Shown here one piece after another: positions 24,689 through 38,488 of a stretch of 64,000 nucleotides of DNA. The stretch spans positions 26,598,001-26,662,000 of the forward strand of contig OX597838.1 of NCBI GenBank assembly GCA_951406725.2, read 5' to 3'. A program made the translations under genes and the position numbers. Source of the stretch: Octopus vulgaris (lineage: Eukaryota). Below the pieces are notes generated by a model. The model worked only from the letters and a program-made list of their open reading frames with translations, was not told the DNA's origin and ran no database searches. Position 1 is the stretch's first letter. Each line of letters starts with the position of its first letter.

Positions 24689-25201
24689 ATGGATACGAAT
24701 TTCATTATATCAAGCAGCGAGTCAGAATTCGAAGGATTTTCTACTGAAGACCTTCATAAATCTAACTCTATGACTGAAAAAAAAAAGCATGTGGTATTTG
24801 ATAATGAATCTGATGTTTCATTTTCCGAAAGTGAAAACAGTGAATCTGAGATCTCCGATAGCGATAAAGAAAACGAATTGGCACCTGAATGGAGGGAAAA
24901 TTTAAAAACTGTTTCTTTCGGTGATTTTTCTGAAGAAACTGGACCAAGCCACAGACTTTCCCAGAAGGGTAAAGCCTTAGACTATTTCTATTTACTTTTT
25001 CGAATGAGCCTATTTGAAATCATTACGGTGAAAACAAACCGTTACGCTAAACGTAAACAAAGCGAAAGAAAGGATAGTTTGTTATTTCCCACAACCTTAA
25101 ATGAAATTAAGGCCTATTTTGCCATAAATATTATTATGGGTATCAGAAAGTTACCCAGAATAACAAATTCTATCGTAAAATTTTGTTGTACACCCAATTG
25201 A
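24689..25201 (+). pseudogene. Truncated piggyBac transposase (N-terminal 170 aa)
   Basis: Acidic N-terminus, FSEETGP, ALDYFYLLF, TNRYA and EIKAYFAINIIMGI..LP. The catalytic DDD region is absent. Confidence 0.85.
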
Positions 25202-25378
25202 ATATTAGCTAATAACCCATTTTCTATAGCGATGTTTGAACAAAATTTTAATAATTTTATATTTTGTGGAATTTACCTGTATCTACCTGTAATTAGAGTC
25301 ACTTTGTGACAAAAATTATAGTATAGAATTGGTTGAGAATATTTCATTAAATTATCTTCCAAAAATCAGATTAATATA

Positions 25379-25752
25379 TCTCTTATTATAAAAGGCAGAT
25401 TTTATCTGCCTCCCTTTGGGAGTTATACAAATCTACAATATAGCATTTCTTCAATTACAATTTACCTAGCATTTTTAAGAGTACAATGCATCGCGTCATG
25501 CCAGGTCCAGTTTTTAAAATTTAAACTCCAATTAAGCAAAATTTGCAGAAAACTCACATTCTGGTGTGTGTGTCAAATGCTTTTCTTAGTCTGGTTTACA
25601 CCACACGCAAACGCACACACACAGTGGGCAACGAATAAAATGAAGCTAATTCACTTACTGTAGTGAGTGATTCTTTCACTCTGCCTCCCACTTCCTCTTT
25701 CCACACATTGACACGCAAATATATAAATAAAATTGTAAGCTAACGTGCGTGT

Positions 25753-25795
<43 letters not shown>

Positions 25796-26493
25796 TGTGT
25801 GTGTGTGAGGGTGCGTGTGTGTGTGTGTGTGTGTGCATGTGCGTGAGTGTGTGGCAGGAAAGTTTTTTACGACGAATATAACACCTATATCCAAGTAGCG
25901 GAAAGATAAGACAGTAAGGTGTGATTTGAGGGAGATTTGGCTGCTATTTCTACCATGTCTAGCTGCCATGTAGGGGTCTCCTCATAGGCTCATGCATACA
26001 TATATACATAGATAAGACAGTAAGGTGTGATTTGGGGGAAATTTGGCTGCTATTTCTACCAGGTCTAGCTACCATGTAGAGGTCCCCCTCATTGGCTCAT
26101 ATATATATACATACATAAGACAGTAAGGTGTGATTTGAGGGAGATTTGGCTGCTGTTTCTACCAGGTCTGTTAGGCCTTCTCATGTAAACTCAAGCTTTC
26201 TCATGCCTTGAACATAAGACCAAAGCAGAGAATGTATTCTTTTATTCTTCTGCTTTTTCCAGCCATTGGTCTGTGGCCATGCTGGGGCAATGCCTTGAAG
26301 AATTGTAGTTTAATGAATCAACTCCATTTTTATTTTTGTAAGCATTGTACTTATTCTATCTGTTTCCTTTGTCAAACCACTAGGTGACAGGGATGTAAAC
26401 AAACCAACATTCGTTGTCAAGCAGTGGTGGAGGACAATCACAAGCACAGACACGCACACACACACACACACATACATGCATACACATATACAC

Positions 26494-26535
<42 letters not shown>

Positions 26536-27368
26536 GTGTGTGTATATATATTGCAGCGTGGAAGGTGTTTGTAAGCCATTTAAGAAACACACAAAAACCG
26601 TTACATTCACTTCAACATTTAAATTTAATTTGCCAAAATATTTTCGTCGCTTTGAGACCGCGACCTGTTCACTGACAAAAATATCGTGCTAACAGGTCGC
26701 GGTCTCAAAGCGATGAAAATATTTTGACAAATTAAATTTAAATGTTGAAGTGAATCTAACGGTTTTTGTGTGTTTCTTAAATGGCTTATAAACACCTTCA
26801 ACGCTGCAACTGTTTTCGTTCCAGAACACGATCTCAGATCAAGTCACTTGCTATGCAAGTACATCTCTGTAACTATATATATATATTATATATATATATA
26901 TATATGTATATTGGTAAAAACAGTAAGATAACAAAAGAAAGAAAGAGACCTCAATATTATGTAAATAGAGGAAATCTTTATATATAAAAGTGAGGTTGTG
27001 TGTCTGTCTTCTACGATTTAGATTCCTAACTACTCCCACATTTTGCGGTGCAGTTTAACCAAAACCGGGTATCTTATAGTCGTGATTCATATCGAGACCG
27101 TCTGGGTATTAGTGCGCATCTACGATGAGTCTACGTATTAAAAAAAAATTTACCATCAATTTTTCCCATTTTTAATCCATTTTTGACATATATAAGGGAA
27201 GTAACTCTCTAAAATTTATTATTAAATCTCAGAACGTAAAAAGCTACAGTAACACCCCTCCCCTTTGTGGTTAGCCATATTGAGATGGCTATTATACTTT
27301 ACATCTCTAAAAATGCTTATATAACTATTTCCCTTACAAACCCGAGCAACGCCGGGCGATACTGCTAG
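25379..27368 (+). mobile_element. Composite Helitron-like unit, copy 1
   Basis: A|TCtcttattataaaagg ... hairpin-CTAG. It contains a SINE piece, three ~105-bp repeats, a fold-back and an internal H1 element (26975-27368). Confidence 0.8.
26629..26679 (-). ncRNA. Minimal hammerhead-like motif, G3-C8 core variant (copy at 28588-28638)
   Basis: Parses as tttgtca|GUGAACA g|gtcgc-ggtctcaaa-gcgac|GAA|aatatt|U|tggcaaa. Confidence 0.45.
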
Positions 27369-29324
27369 TCTCTTATTATAAAAGGCAGATTTTATCTGCC
27401 TCCCTTTGGGAGTTATACAAATCTACAATATAGCATTTCTTCAATTACAATTTACCTAGCATTTTTAAGAGTACAATGCATCGCGTCATGCCAGGTCCAG
27501 TTTTTAAAATTTAAACTCCAATTAAGCAAAATTTACAGAAAACTCACATTCTGGTGTGTGTGTCAAATGCTTTTCTTAGTCTGGTTTACACCACACGCAA
27601 ACGCACACACACAGTGTGCAACGAATAAAATGAAAGTAATTGACTTACTGTTGTGAGTGATTCTTTCACTCTGCCTCCCACTTCCTCTTTCCACACATTG
27701 ACACGCAAATATATAAATAAAATTGTAAGCTAACGTGCGTGTGTGTGTGAGTGGGTGTGTGTGGGTGTGCGCGCGCGTGTGTGTGTGTGAGGGTGCGTGT
27801 GTGTGTGCGTGTGCGTGAGTGTGTGACAGGAAAGTTTTTTACGACGAATATAACACCTATATCCAAGTAGCAGAAAGATAAGACAGTAAGGTGTGATTTG
27901 AGGGAGATTTGGCTGCTATTTCTACCATGTCTAGCTGCCATGTAGGGGTCTCCCTCATAGGCTTATACATACATATATACATAGATAAGACAGTAAGGTG
28001 TGATTTGGGGGAAATTTGGCTGCTATTTCTACCAGGTCTAGCTACCATGTAGAGGTCCCCCTCATTGGCTCATATATATATACATACATAAGACAGTAAG
28101 GTGTGATTTGAGGGAGATTTGGCTGCTGTTTCTACCAGGTCTGTTAGGCCTTCTCATGTAAACTCAAGCTTTCTCATGCCTTGAACATAAGACCAAAGCA
28201 GAGAATGTATTCTTTTATTCTTCTGCTTTTTCCAGCCATTGGTCTGTGGCCATGCTGGGGCAATGCCTTGAAGAATTGTAGTTTAATGAATCAACTCCAT
28301 TTTTATTTTTGTAAGCATTGTACTTATTCTATCTGTTTCCTTTGTCAAACCACTAGGTGACAGGGATGTAAACAAACCAACATTCGTTGTCAAGCAGTGG
28401 TGGAGGACAGTCACAAGCACAGACACGCACACACACACACACATACATGCATACACATATACACACATACATACATACATACATATATATATATGTGTGT
28501 GTATATATATTGCAGCGTGGAAGGTGTTTGTAAGCCATTTAAGAAACACACAAAAACCGTTACATTCACTTCAACATTTAAATTTAATTTGCCAAAATAT
28601 TTTCGTCGCTTTGAGACCGCGACCTGTTCACTGACAAAAATATCGTGCTAACAGGTCGCGGTCTCAAAGCGATGAAAATATTTTGACAAATTAAATTTAA
28701 ATGTTGAAGTGAATCTAACGGTTTTTGTGTGTTTCTTAAATGGCTTATAAACACCTTCAACGCTGCAACTGTTTTCGTTCCAGAACACGATCTCAGATCA
28801 AGTCACTTGCTATGCAAGTACATCTCTGTAACTATATATATATTTATATATATATATATATGTATATTGGTAAAAACAGTAAGATAACAAAAGAAAGAAA
28901 GAGACCTCAATATTATGTAAATAGAGGAAATCTTTATATATAAAAGTGAGGTTGTGTGTCTGTCTCCTACGATTTAGATTCCTAACTACTCCCACATTTT
29001 GCGGTGCAGTTTAACCAAAACCGGGTATCTTATAGTCGTGATTCATATCGAGACCGTCTGGGTATTAGCGCGCGTCTACGATGAGTCTACGATTTAAAAA
29101 AAAATTTACCATCAATTTTTCCCATTTTTAATCCATTTTTGACATATATAAGGGAAGTAACTCTCTAAAATTTATTATTAAATCTCAGAACGTAAAAAGC
29201 TACAGTAACACCCCTCCCCTTTGTGGTTAGCCATATTGAGATGGCTATTATACTTTACATCTCTAAAAATGCTTATATAATTATTTCCCTTACAAACCCG
29301 AGCAACTCCGGGCGATACTGCTAG
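27369..29324 (+). mobile_element. Composite Helitron-like unit, copy 2 (head-to-tail)
   Basis: Junction CTAG|TCtcttattataaaagg. Near-identical to copy 1, with an internal H1 at 28931-29324, and ends CTAG|T. Confidence 0.8.
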
Positions 29325-30113
29325 TCGATAAATAAAAAAGTTATAGTTGTTTAATGAAACCAGACTAAATTTATGACTACGTTAGAAATTAATTGAAACA
29401 CATAAGGGGTGTAATTTGGTCAGAAATATAGTAACGAAAGGATTAAATCCACCACCAAAAATTACTGGCCTTGGTCTAAAATTTGAAATCATTATCATTA
29501 TCATTAAGGCAGCTAGCAGGCAGAGTCTTTAGCATGCCCGGTAAAATGCTTCACAGTATTTCATCCATCATTACGTTCCGAGTTCAACTTCCATCAAGGT
29601 CAACTTTACCATTCATCCTTTTGGGGTTGATGAAATATGTATCAGTTGAGTACTGTGGTTGATGCAATCAACTTGTTTCTTACTCCGAAATTTCAGTACC
29701 CACACCACACACCACAACATCACACCACCCTGCACACACCAGCACTGACCACTTCACAGCAGCCACACCATCATCCACACACCTACACATGCACACTTCC
29801 ACATGTCAAGATCACCGGCCCCTAACCATACACACGCCCGCACACCTTTGTTTTGGGATCACCACTACTTTATTATCTCCCCTTCTTTCTAGCTCTTCTG
29901 TCTGACCACTTCTGTTCAACCATCGCCATGATTGACCACCAGGTACTAAAACTTTCTTTTTTTATCCTCTCTCTGTTTATTTCTCCATGTTCCTTTCTGT
30001 TAAAGAGTGTAGGCTCGAAACATAAAAGACTTTCTCACCTTCCCAAACGTTAAACTAATACACCTGTTTGTTGTTTACATACCTGTTTTCTTTTTTTGTT
30101 TATTGTAAATACC

Positions 30114-30158
<45 letters not shown>

Positions 30159-30159
<1 letters not shown>

Positions 30160-30693
30160 TAGCAGTATTGCCCGGCTCGTGCGCTCATGCGTTCTATGCA
30201 TGCGTTAATTAAGCTAAACTTCGATGAAGTTCAATCAAAATTCAATTATTTTGGTTTTAAAATCAAGCATTTAGTGCCCTCTATTTTTGTGCTTATGTGT
30301 TCCATTTCCTCAATAGGAAGTACATAGAAGCGTTTCATAAATTTTTGTTGATCAAATAATTGCATTGTTGACTTATTCTTTTAGATCAGTATTTCTCAAT
30401 GGGGATTTCAGGGGAGAGTTTCAGGGAGTCGCTGGCGATGTATCGTGATGATAAAAAATCCGGCCTGCTAAAATTTGGTTAAAGTGATTCAAACTGTAGA
30501 CTCAACTAGAAAGAACAGTCAAAAAGTCCAAACCACAGTTAAGAGCAATTTTGAAGGGAATGAAAAATAAAAACATTTACCATGTTTTACAGCCGAACCT
30601 CACGTCTCGAACTTTAATTAGCAAATAAACTAATTTGCAAGGAGAAGTCTTCATCAGCGGATACACCAAAACATTAACATATAAATTAGAGAC

Positions 30694-30731
<38 letters not shown>
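30159..30731 (-). mobile_element. Probable Helitron (H1-type 3' end) within (TA)n
   Basis: Minus strand ends gccgggcaatactgCTAG|T with the hairpin partly deleted. A TCtatatat start is possible at 30731. Confidence 0.5.
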
Positions 30732-30746
30732 TATACACATATATAC

Positions 30747-31146
30747 GATGGACTTCGTTCAGTTTTTCCATCTACTAAATCCACTCACAAGGATTTGGTC
30801 AGCCAGAGGCTATAGTAGAAGACACTTACCCAAGGTGCCATGCTGTGGGACTGAACCTGGAACCATGTGGTTCTTAAGCAAGCTACTTATTTCTTTACTG
30901 CCCACAAGGGGCTACACACAGGGGATAAACAAGGACACACAAAGGGATTAAGTCGATTATATCGACCCCCAGTGCGTAACTGGTACTTAGTTAATTGACC
31001 CAGAAAGGATGAAAGGCAAAGTCGACCCTGGCGGAATTTGAACTCAGAACGTAAAGACAGACAACATACCGCTGAGTATTTCACCCGGTGTGCTAATGTT
31101 TCTGCCAGCTCGCGGCCTTGCTTACCACACAGCCACTCCTGTGCCT
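30747..31146 (-). mobile_element. Family A SINE interrupted by a family B SINE (30886-31117)
   Basis: Family A sequence ...caagctact resumes as cttaccacacagccactcctgtgcct after the family B copy. Confidence 0.75.
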
Positions 31147-31964
31147 ATATATATTTGTACACCATAAATTTGTTAATCTAACTTTCTATTTATTTTTAAT
31201 CTCATCTTTTAACACCCGACTCACTATCCTATTCTTTCAATCTCATTATTTATTATCAACTATTTATTTTCGGACATTTCCACCCATACCACGCAAGGTT
31301 TTATTGATTTTTTATCATAATTGTTATTTTTCTTCTTCTTATTATTATTTTCTTGTATTTATCCTTTACTGTTGATGTTCACCTCCTCCTATCACCCAAC
31401 TTATAACGAAAATTATGTGGGGTTTTTTTGGGTTTTTTTTCATAAATCTGCCTCCCAATCGAATGTGTCAATGCTTATTTGTTGATTTGAATTATATCGA
31501 ATAATATTATACGATGTACAACCATGATTTTAGTTCAGAATTCAACACAAATATTTGACAAAAGGGAACGTGAAACTCAGAGTGACAATTTTGCGATAAA
31601 TTTACACGCACACACACATATATATAAATATAAATACATGTATATGTACATATATCGACACACTGACACACGCACACACATATATATACAGAACACATGT
31701 ATTTGAAAAGTTTAAACGGAAGCGCTCGCACACTAGTAGAAACTTCTTCCCCAAAAAGGTTAGTAACATTCTCATAAAAAGATTTCCTAACATTTTTTTT
31801 TTTTTAAGATATCACCTTTACATTTCGAAAACTGTCTTAATTCTCAGACTTTCAAATATATACACACATATATATATTGTATAATGGAGAAACTGTACAA
31901 AATGTTTAAATGGATGATAAGTAAAGCACCAGCACAATTTTGGGTACCTGTTATTATACGTCAA

Positions 31965-32011
<47 letters not shown>

Positions 32012-32036
32012 GTGTGTGTGCATGTGTATCTATATA

Positions 32037-32097
<61 letters not shown>

Positions 32098-32338
32098 CTC
32101 TTTTGCCTGCGTTTGCCTTTTAAGTGCTGTGGTTTTACAGAGATCTCCCTTTTAAGTAGAAAGAATAGCCATAACTCTTTGACTGCTATTTCTAAACTCG
32201 GTGTGTGGTGAGGCAAATCGTTGCTAAACCCTTAATTACTTAGTATTACTTAAACCTTCCTCGAATGGGGCTTTTACATGCCGAAATCTACTTGGTGAAG
32301 TTAATGATTATTCCAAATTAATTAATTTCACCCTATAT

Positions 32339-32442
<104 letters not shown>

Positions 32443-32757
32443 TTATTTTGGTATGCTCATTTTTTATTTGTTGACAAATAACCACACACACACACCCTAT
32501 ATTCATTCCTCACTCGTATGTCCTCATTCTTATTTTACCCTATGTCCATTGCCTGGGGATCTTTCGACACGCGTTTGTGATCTCTGCACCAACTCTACTA
32601 TCCAACATGTATCCTCATGTTCTGTTTAGTCCATTCTGAACAGAACTGAGTGCTTTCAATAAGGTTGCCCAGCGATACTTGGCAGCTGCTCTCACGATGG
32701 CGGATTTCAGTCCTGCTTTCTGCAGCTGGTTCACCACAATGTACAGTGTCTCTTTTG

Positions 32758-32798
<41 letters not shown>

Positions 32799-32810
32799 TT
32801 TATACATGAA

Positions 32811-33095
32811 TTCTTTTACTTGTTTCAGTCATTTGACTGTGGCCATGCTCGAGGGCCACTTCTAGTCGAGTAAATCCCCCCCCCGCCAGGACTTATTCTT
32901 TGTAAGCCTAGTACTTATTCTATCAGTCTCTTTGCCGAACCGCTACGTTACGGGGGCGTAAACACACCAGCTTCGGTTGTGTACACAGACAAACAAGCAC
33001 ACACACACACACACACACAAATAAACATACATACATACATACATACATACATGCATGCATGCATGCATACATACATACATACATACATACATACA

Positions 33096-33130
<35 letters not shown>

Positions 33131-33292
33131 GCCGGGCTTCTTGCAGATTCGATCTACCAAATCCACTGATAAGGCTTTGGTCGGCCTGAGGCTATGGTAG
33201 AAGACACTTACCCAAGGTGCGATGCAGTGGGATTGAACCCGGAACCATGTGGCTGGTAAGCAAGCTACTTGCCACACAGCCACTCCTGCGCC
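32811..33292 (-). mobile_element. tRNA-derived SINE (family A) with internal (CATA)n
   Basis: Reverse complement of the 9581-9943 family. Confidence 0.85.
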
Positions 33293-33714
33293 TAAGTTCA
33301 TAATCTGAATATTTTCATCTTCGTTTTCTCCCCATTTACTTGTATACATATATGTATATTTTCTATATCTAACCCAAACAATTTCATCTTTATATTTGCA
33401 TCATTGTCTCTTGATCTAACACACCAAGAATCTGCTCATAGCCACTCCTTACCCAGTGGTTGCCAGAATCCTCAGTAGGGGTTTTTGGGTGTAAGCTCAA
33501 ATTATTTGAGCACTTCTAAGTGTTTTCAATATTGAGCATCTATGGACCTCATCTGTTGACCCCCTCTCTCCCTCTCTCTCTCTCTATATATATATATATA
33601 GGCATGTGTACCTATATAGGTATGTACATTTCACATCATTAGACAGTAGCTGGCATAATGAAATAGGACCTTATTTGCATACTCCTAATGTTACCATAAA
33701 AGTGCATGTACATA

Positions 33715-33751
<37 letters not shown>

Positions 33752-33919
33752 TATATAGAATGTATAGAACTGTTTCATTCAAGAGAAATCTTCCTGAAGA
33801 TTTCTCTTGAATGAAACAGTTCTAGTCCTGTAGAAGCTCCTTCTATATAATAAATTAATTTTACTCTGCTATGTATTAGTACCTTATTTACTGTGTTAAC
33901 CCCGAATCAACCCGGGACC

Positions 33920-33980
<61 letters not shown>

Positions 33981-34232
33981 ATGTTTATATATATATAATG
34001 TATGCATATGTGTATATCTGTATATTTATATGTATATATATATATATGTATATACATATGTATATATATGTAAATATATATATATATATGTATGTATATA
34101 TATATGTATATGTATATATATATGTATATGTATATATATATGTATATATATGTATATGTATATGATTGATTGATTGATTCCAGTTATGAGCTGTGCCATG
34201 CTGGGGCACCGCCATTATGTATATGTATATGT

Positions 34233-34264
<32 letters not shown>

Positions 34265-34305
34265 GTATATATATATGTATATGTATGTATATATATATGT
34301 ATATA

Positions 34306-34342
<37 letters not shown>

Positions 34343-34419
34343 GTATGTGTATATATATATATATGTATGTATATGTGTATGTATATGTATATATATATGT
34401 ATATATATATATGTATATG

Positions 34420-34454
<35 letters not shown>

Positions 34455-34548
34455 GTATATATATATATATGTATATGTATATATATATGTATATATATAT
34501 GTATGTATATGTATGTATATGTATATATATATATATATATATGTATAC

Positions 34549-34580
<32 letters not shown>

Positions 34581-34735
34581 GTATGTATATGTATATATAT
34601 ATGTATGTATATGTATGTATATGTATATATATATGTATATATATATGTATATATATATATGTATATATATATGTATATATATATGTATGTATATATATAT
34701 ATGTATGTATATGTATATATATATATGTATGTATA

Positions 34736-35145
34736 TCTCTCTCTATATATAAACGGCAGTTTGTCTGTGCGTGTTTCTGTGTGTCTGTTTGCTTGTACCC
34801 TCACCCTGACCACGGCTTTCAACCGATTCTGATGAAACTTGACACACACATAGCCCAATGTCATAATTCAAAACTAACGCAGCGAAAATTTTGAAAAAGT
34901 TCCCCCAGTTCTGAAAAAAATCGATAAATTCGACATGGGGTCGAGAATCAGAAACACAAACCGCAGACTGTCTAGGGGACGCAACTCGACCTTTTTAACT
35001 CAAAAAAAATTTACCAATCATGCCTCAGCCGATGGCTTAAAGAGTAAAAGAGTATAATTTTTTGCCATTTTTGGCTATAACTCTCTAAAAATGCTTTATA
35101 GTTATTTCCCTTACAAACCCGAGCAACGCCGGGCGATACTGCTAG
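34736..35145 (+). mobile_element. Helitron with H1 3' end and a different 5' body
   Basis: A|TCtctctctatatataaacggcag ... cccgagcaacgccgggcgatactgCTAG|T. Confidence 0.8.
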
Positions 35146-35656
35146 TGTATATATATATGAATATATATATGTATATATATATGTATGTATATGTATATAT
35201 ATATATATGAATATATATATGTATATATATGTATATGTATATATATGTATATGTATCTATATGTGTGTATATGTATATATATGTATATATATGTATATGT
35301 ATCTATATGTATATATATGTATATGTATCTATATGTGTGTATATGTATATATATATATATGTATATGTATATATATGTATATGTATGTATATGTATATAT
35401 GTATATGTATGTTTATATATATGTATATGTATGTTTATATATATGTAATTGTATGTATATGTATGTTTATATATATGTATTTGTATGTATATGTATGTTT
35501 ATATATATGTATTTGTATGTATATGTATATATATGTATATGTATTGTATATGTATATATATATATGAATATGTATGTATATATGCATGTATATGTATATA
35601 TATATATATGTATATGTTTGTATATGTATATATATATATAAATGTATATGTGTATA

Positions 35657-36220
35657 TAACTTAGAATAACTTAGAAAGGTTTTTGGCCAGTATTGGCCCA
35701 GGCCATGTCTAACTTAATAGCACCACCTGGCGAAGTCTTTCAGTTCAGGATTTGGGCACCAAGGCCCATTCGAGCAGAGAGTTATTGTTTGCGGAGACAT
35801 ATCCGGGTGTGGGTGGTTTGTCCGGTACTGTTTGAAGGAATTTGTCCAAAGACTTCTTGAATTTTGTGTGGTCAGTTTCTTTTTTGACGTGTCCTGGTGT
35901 AATGTTGAAGAGAGCGGGTCCAATTGAGGTGAAATAGTTGTGCCGTATTGTCGTTATGTGATGCGATTTAGATTTTTGTTGTGGACGGATGGCACGTGGT
36001 CCAAGCCTTGGATGCATTTTGAAGGTGATGCCAACATCATTCGGACAGTGCTGATGGAATATTTTCCACATCATACAGATAATGTAGCGTTCACGGCGTC
36101 GTTGGAGTGAATACAATTTCAGCTTCTCTAGTCTACCCCAGTAGTCAAGGTCTGACATGCCATCTATCTTTTTTGTGATTGACCTTTGGGGAGCTTCAAT
36201 TCTCATAATATTTTGTTTTG
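35657..36220 (-). mobile_element. CR1-group LINE 3' fragment
   Basis: [39 protein letters not shown]...FKKSLDKFL, with a short repeated 3' tail ttctaagttattctaagt. Confidence 0.85.
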
Positions 36221-36257
<37 letters not shown>

Positions 36258-37099
36258 AATACATATATATATATAAATACATATATATACACATATATAT
36301 ACACATATATATACATATATATATATATACATATATATACATATACATACATATATATATATATGTATATATATATATATGTATGTATATATATATGTAT
36401 ATATATGTGTATATATATGTATTTATATATATATATATATATGTATATATATGTATATATGTATAACGGGAAGGTTTACGAAAATAAGCAAAAGACGAAG
36501 GCAGGTGTATATATATATGTATATATATATATGCATATACATATATATGCATATGTATATATATATATAATATTAATTAGAGACAAAACCACTATTATAT
36601 ATATATATATGCATATGTATATATATGTATATGCATATGTATATATATGCATATGTATATATATGTATATGCATATGTATATATATGTATATGTATATAT
36701 ATGTGTATGCATATGTATATATATGTGTGTGTGTGTATGTATATATTTATATGTATATGTGTATATATATATGTATATGTATGTATATGTATGTATATAT
36801 ATGTATATGTATGGATGCCCTTCCTAATGCCAACCACTCTGGCAAACGGCCAGACTCGTCTGGTACCTGTGCCGGTGGCACGTAAAAAGCACCCACTACA
36901 CTCATGGAGTGGTTGGCGTTAGGAAGGGCATCAAGCTGTAGAAACACTGCCAGATCAGACTGGGCCTGGTGCAGCCTTCTGGCTTCCCAGACCCGAGTTG
37001 AACCGTCCAACCCATGCTAGCATGGAAAGCAGACGCTAAACGATGATGATGATGATATGTATATATATGTATATATATATAAATTTATAGATTTGTATG

Positions 37100-37143
<44 letters not shown>

Positions 37144-37450
37144 TCTATATATATATGTATACATATATGTATTTTTATATATGTATATATATATGTGTAT
37201 ATATATCTATATATATATGTATACATATATGTATTTTTATATATGTATATATATGTGTATATGTATATATTTATGTGTGTATATTTATCTATGTATATGT
37301 ATATATGTGTGTATATATATATATATATTTTTAAGTATATATATATATACGTATATATGTGTGTATATATATATGTGTGTGTATATATATATGTGTGTGT
37401 ATATATATGTGTATATGCATGTTTGTGTGTGTGTATATATATATATATAT

Positions 37451-37790
37451 GTGAGGTCTTGTCAATAAATATCCAGACTGTTGCCATAGCAACTAAGGTA
37501 AAACATGCAGAGTGAAACTGCTTGGCAAAAATTGACCTTTAACACCTCTGTGCATGCACGCTAAATTTTAACGTTCTATATCTCACCTTCGCTGTTTACG
37601 GCAGTGCTTGGAAGGAAGCTGTGTAGTGTGTGATCATCGCATTGACCTTGACAGTGAAAGTTATCGTGGCGATACCCAATGAGAGGCTTGCACAAAGTTG
37701 CAGAAAGTGTTTGGAGAGGAATATGTGAGTGACACACAAGTGTTCAGGTGCAACGATTTGACAAGATCTGGTAAACCTACGGATTGTACC
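37451..37790 (+). mobile_element. mariner-like 5' fragment
   Basis: TIR-like gaggtcttgtcaataaatatccag after (TA)n; the peptide LQKVFGEEYVSDTQVFR resembles a mariner HTH region. Confidence 0.5.
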
Positions 37791-38024
37791 GAGTTCCACT
37801 TTTTGCTTTGGACATGTTTTTACAGCTTGATATTCTTCCGAACGTCAATCAGCTGTAAAGGACCTGACGGCAATGATGCTTTATTATTTCCAACAGGCAG
37901 AACGAAAATGTTGAATGTGTAGAGCATTCCTCATTGGCTTCTGTGTCCTGTCCCTTTTTCTAGGACGTTTGCTTTTGGTATGAAGGAAATTTTATTATTA
38001 TTTCTAGTGGATCAAAAACTATAC

Positions 38025-38376
38025 TTCTTCTTCTAACCGCTCAGTCGAAGTCGACTCTCGGTCACTCGTTAGATCAGTGTCCTCCAGTCAGTTCTATCCT
38101 GGGCCACTTCCTTCAGACTGGCTATGTCCATTCCGGTATCACTCTTGATGGTGTCAAGCCAGTGGGTTCTTGGTCGGCCTCTTCCTCTCTTGCCACTGAC
38201 CATTCCGAGCATGATGTCCTTCTCCAGGGATTCTCTCCGCATAATATGACCGAGATATGACAATCTATGCTTGGTGGTCCTAGGTTCTAGCGACATTTTT
38301 GGCCTGATCTGCTTAAGAACTTCTCCATTGGTGAGCCTTGCTGTCCATGGAATCCGTAAAAGTCTTCTCCAACACC
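38025..38376 (-). mobile_element. 5'-truncated RTE LINE insertion
   Basis: RLSYLGHIMRRESLEKDIMLG..GKRGRGRPRTHWLD..QDRTDWR with a (GAA)n tail. 10-bp TSD aaaactatac (38015-38024, 38377-38386). Absent from the paralogous site near 50400. Confidence 0.9.
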
Positions 38377-38447
38377 AAAACTATACACGTAGCAGTATTT
38401 GCTTTTATATATTGTTGTTTATTTCTCTGTTAAATTTTAAATTTAAT

Positions 38448-38477
38448 GACCTAATTATTATTATCTTTCTATTTCAG
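38448..38477 (+). promoter_or_regulatory. Branch point, polypyrimidine tract and 3' splice acceptor upstream of GT31 copy 1
   Basis: gacctaat...tctttctatttcAG|atcttgtaaatATG, conserved at 50476-50505. Confidence 0.75.
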
Positions 38478-38488
38478 ATCTTGTAAAT

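Larger units (their letters stand above)
24410..29442 (+). mobile_element. Internally deleted piggyBac element hosting a tandem Helitron insertion
   Basis: TTAA|ccctttcattac ... gtaacgaaagga|TTAA ends and a transposase N-terminal ORF. Confidence 0.85.
33920..37450. repeat. Large (TA/TATG/TATATG)n array containing inserted elements
   Basis: Seen directly. It hosts a Helitron (34736-35145), a LINE fragment and a family D tail. Confidence 0.95.

Noticed and set aside
24689-25201. Domesticated PGBD gene
   Set aside because: It lies within TTAA-flanked TIRs and is truncated before the catalytic domain.
31700-31930. Candidate first exon/promoter for the GT31 genes (cggaagcgctcgc)
   Set aside because: Only one short motif and no convincing splice donor; not supportable without transcript data.
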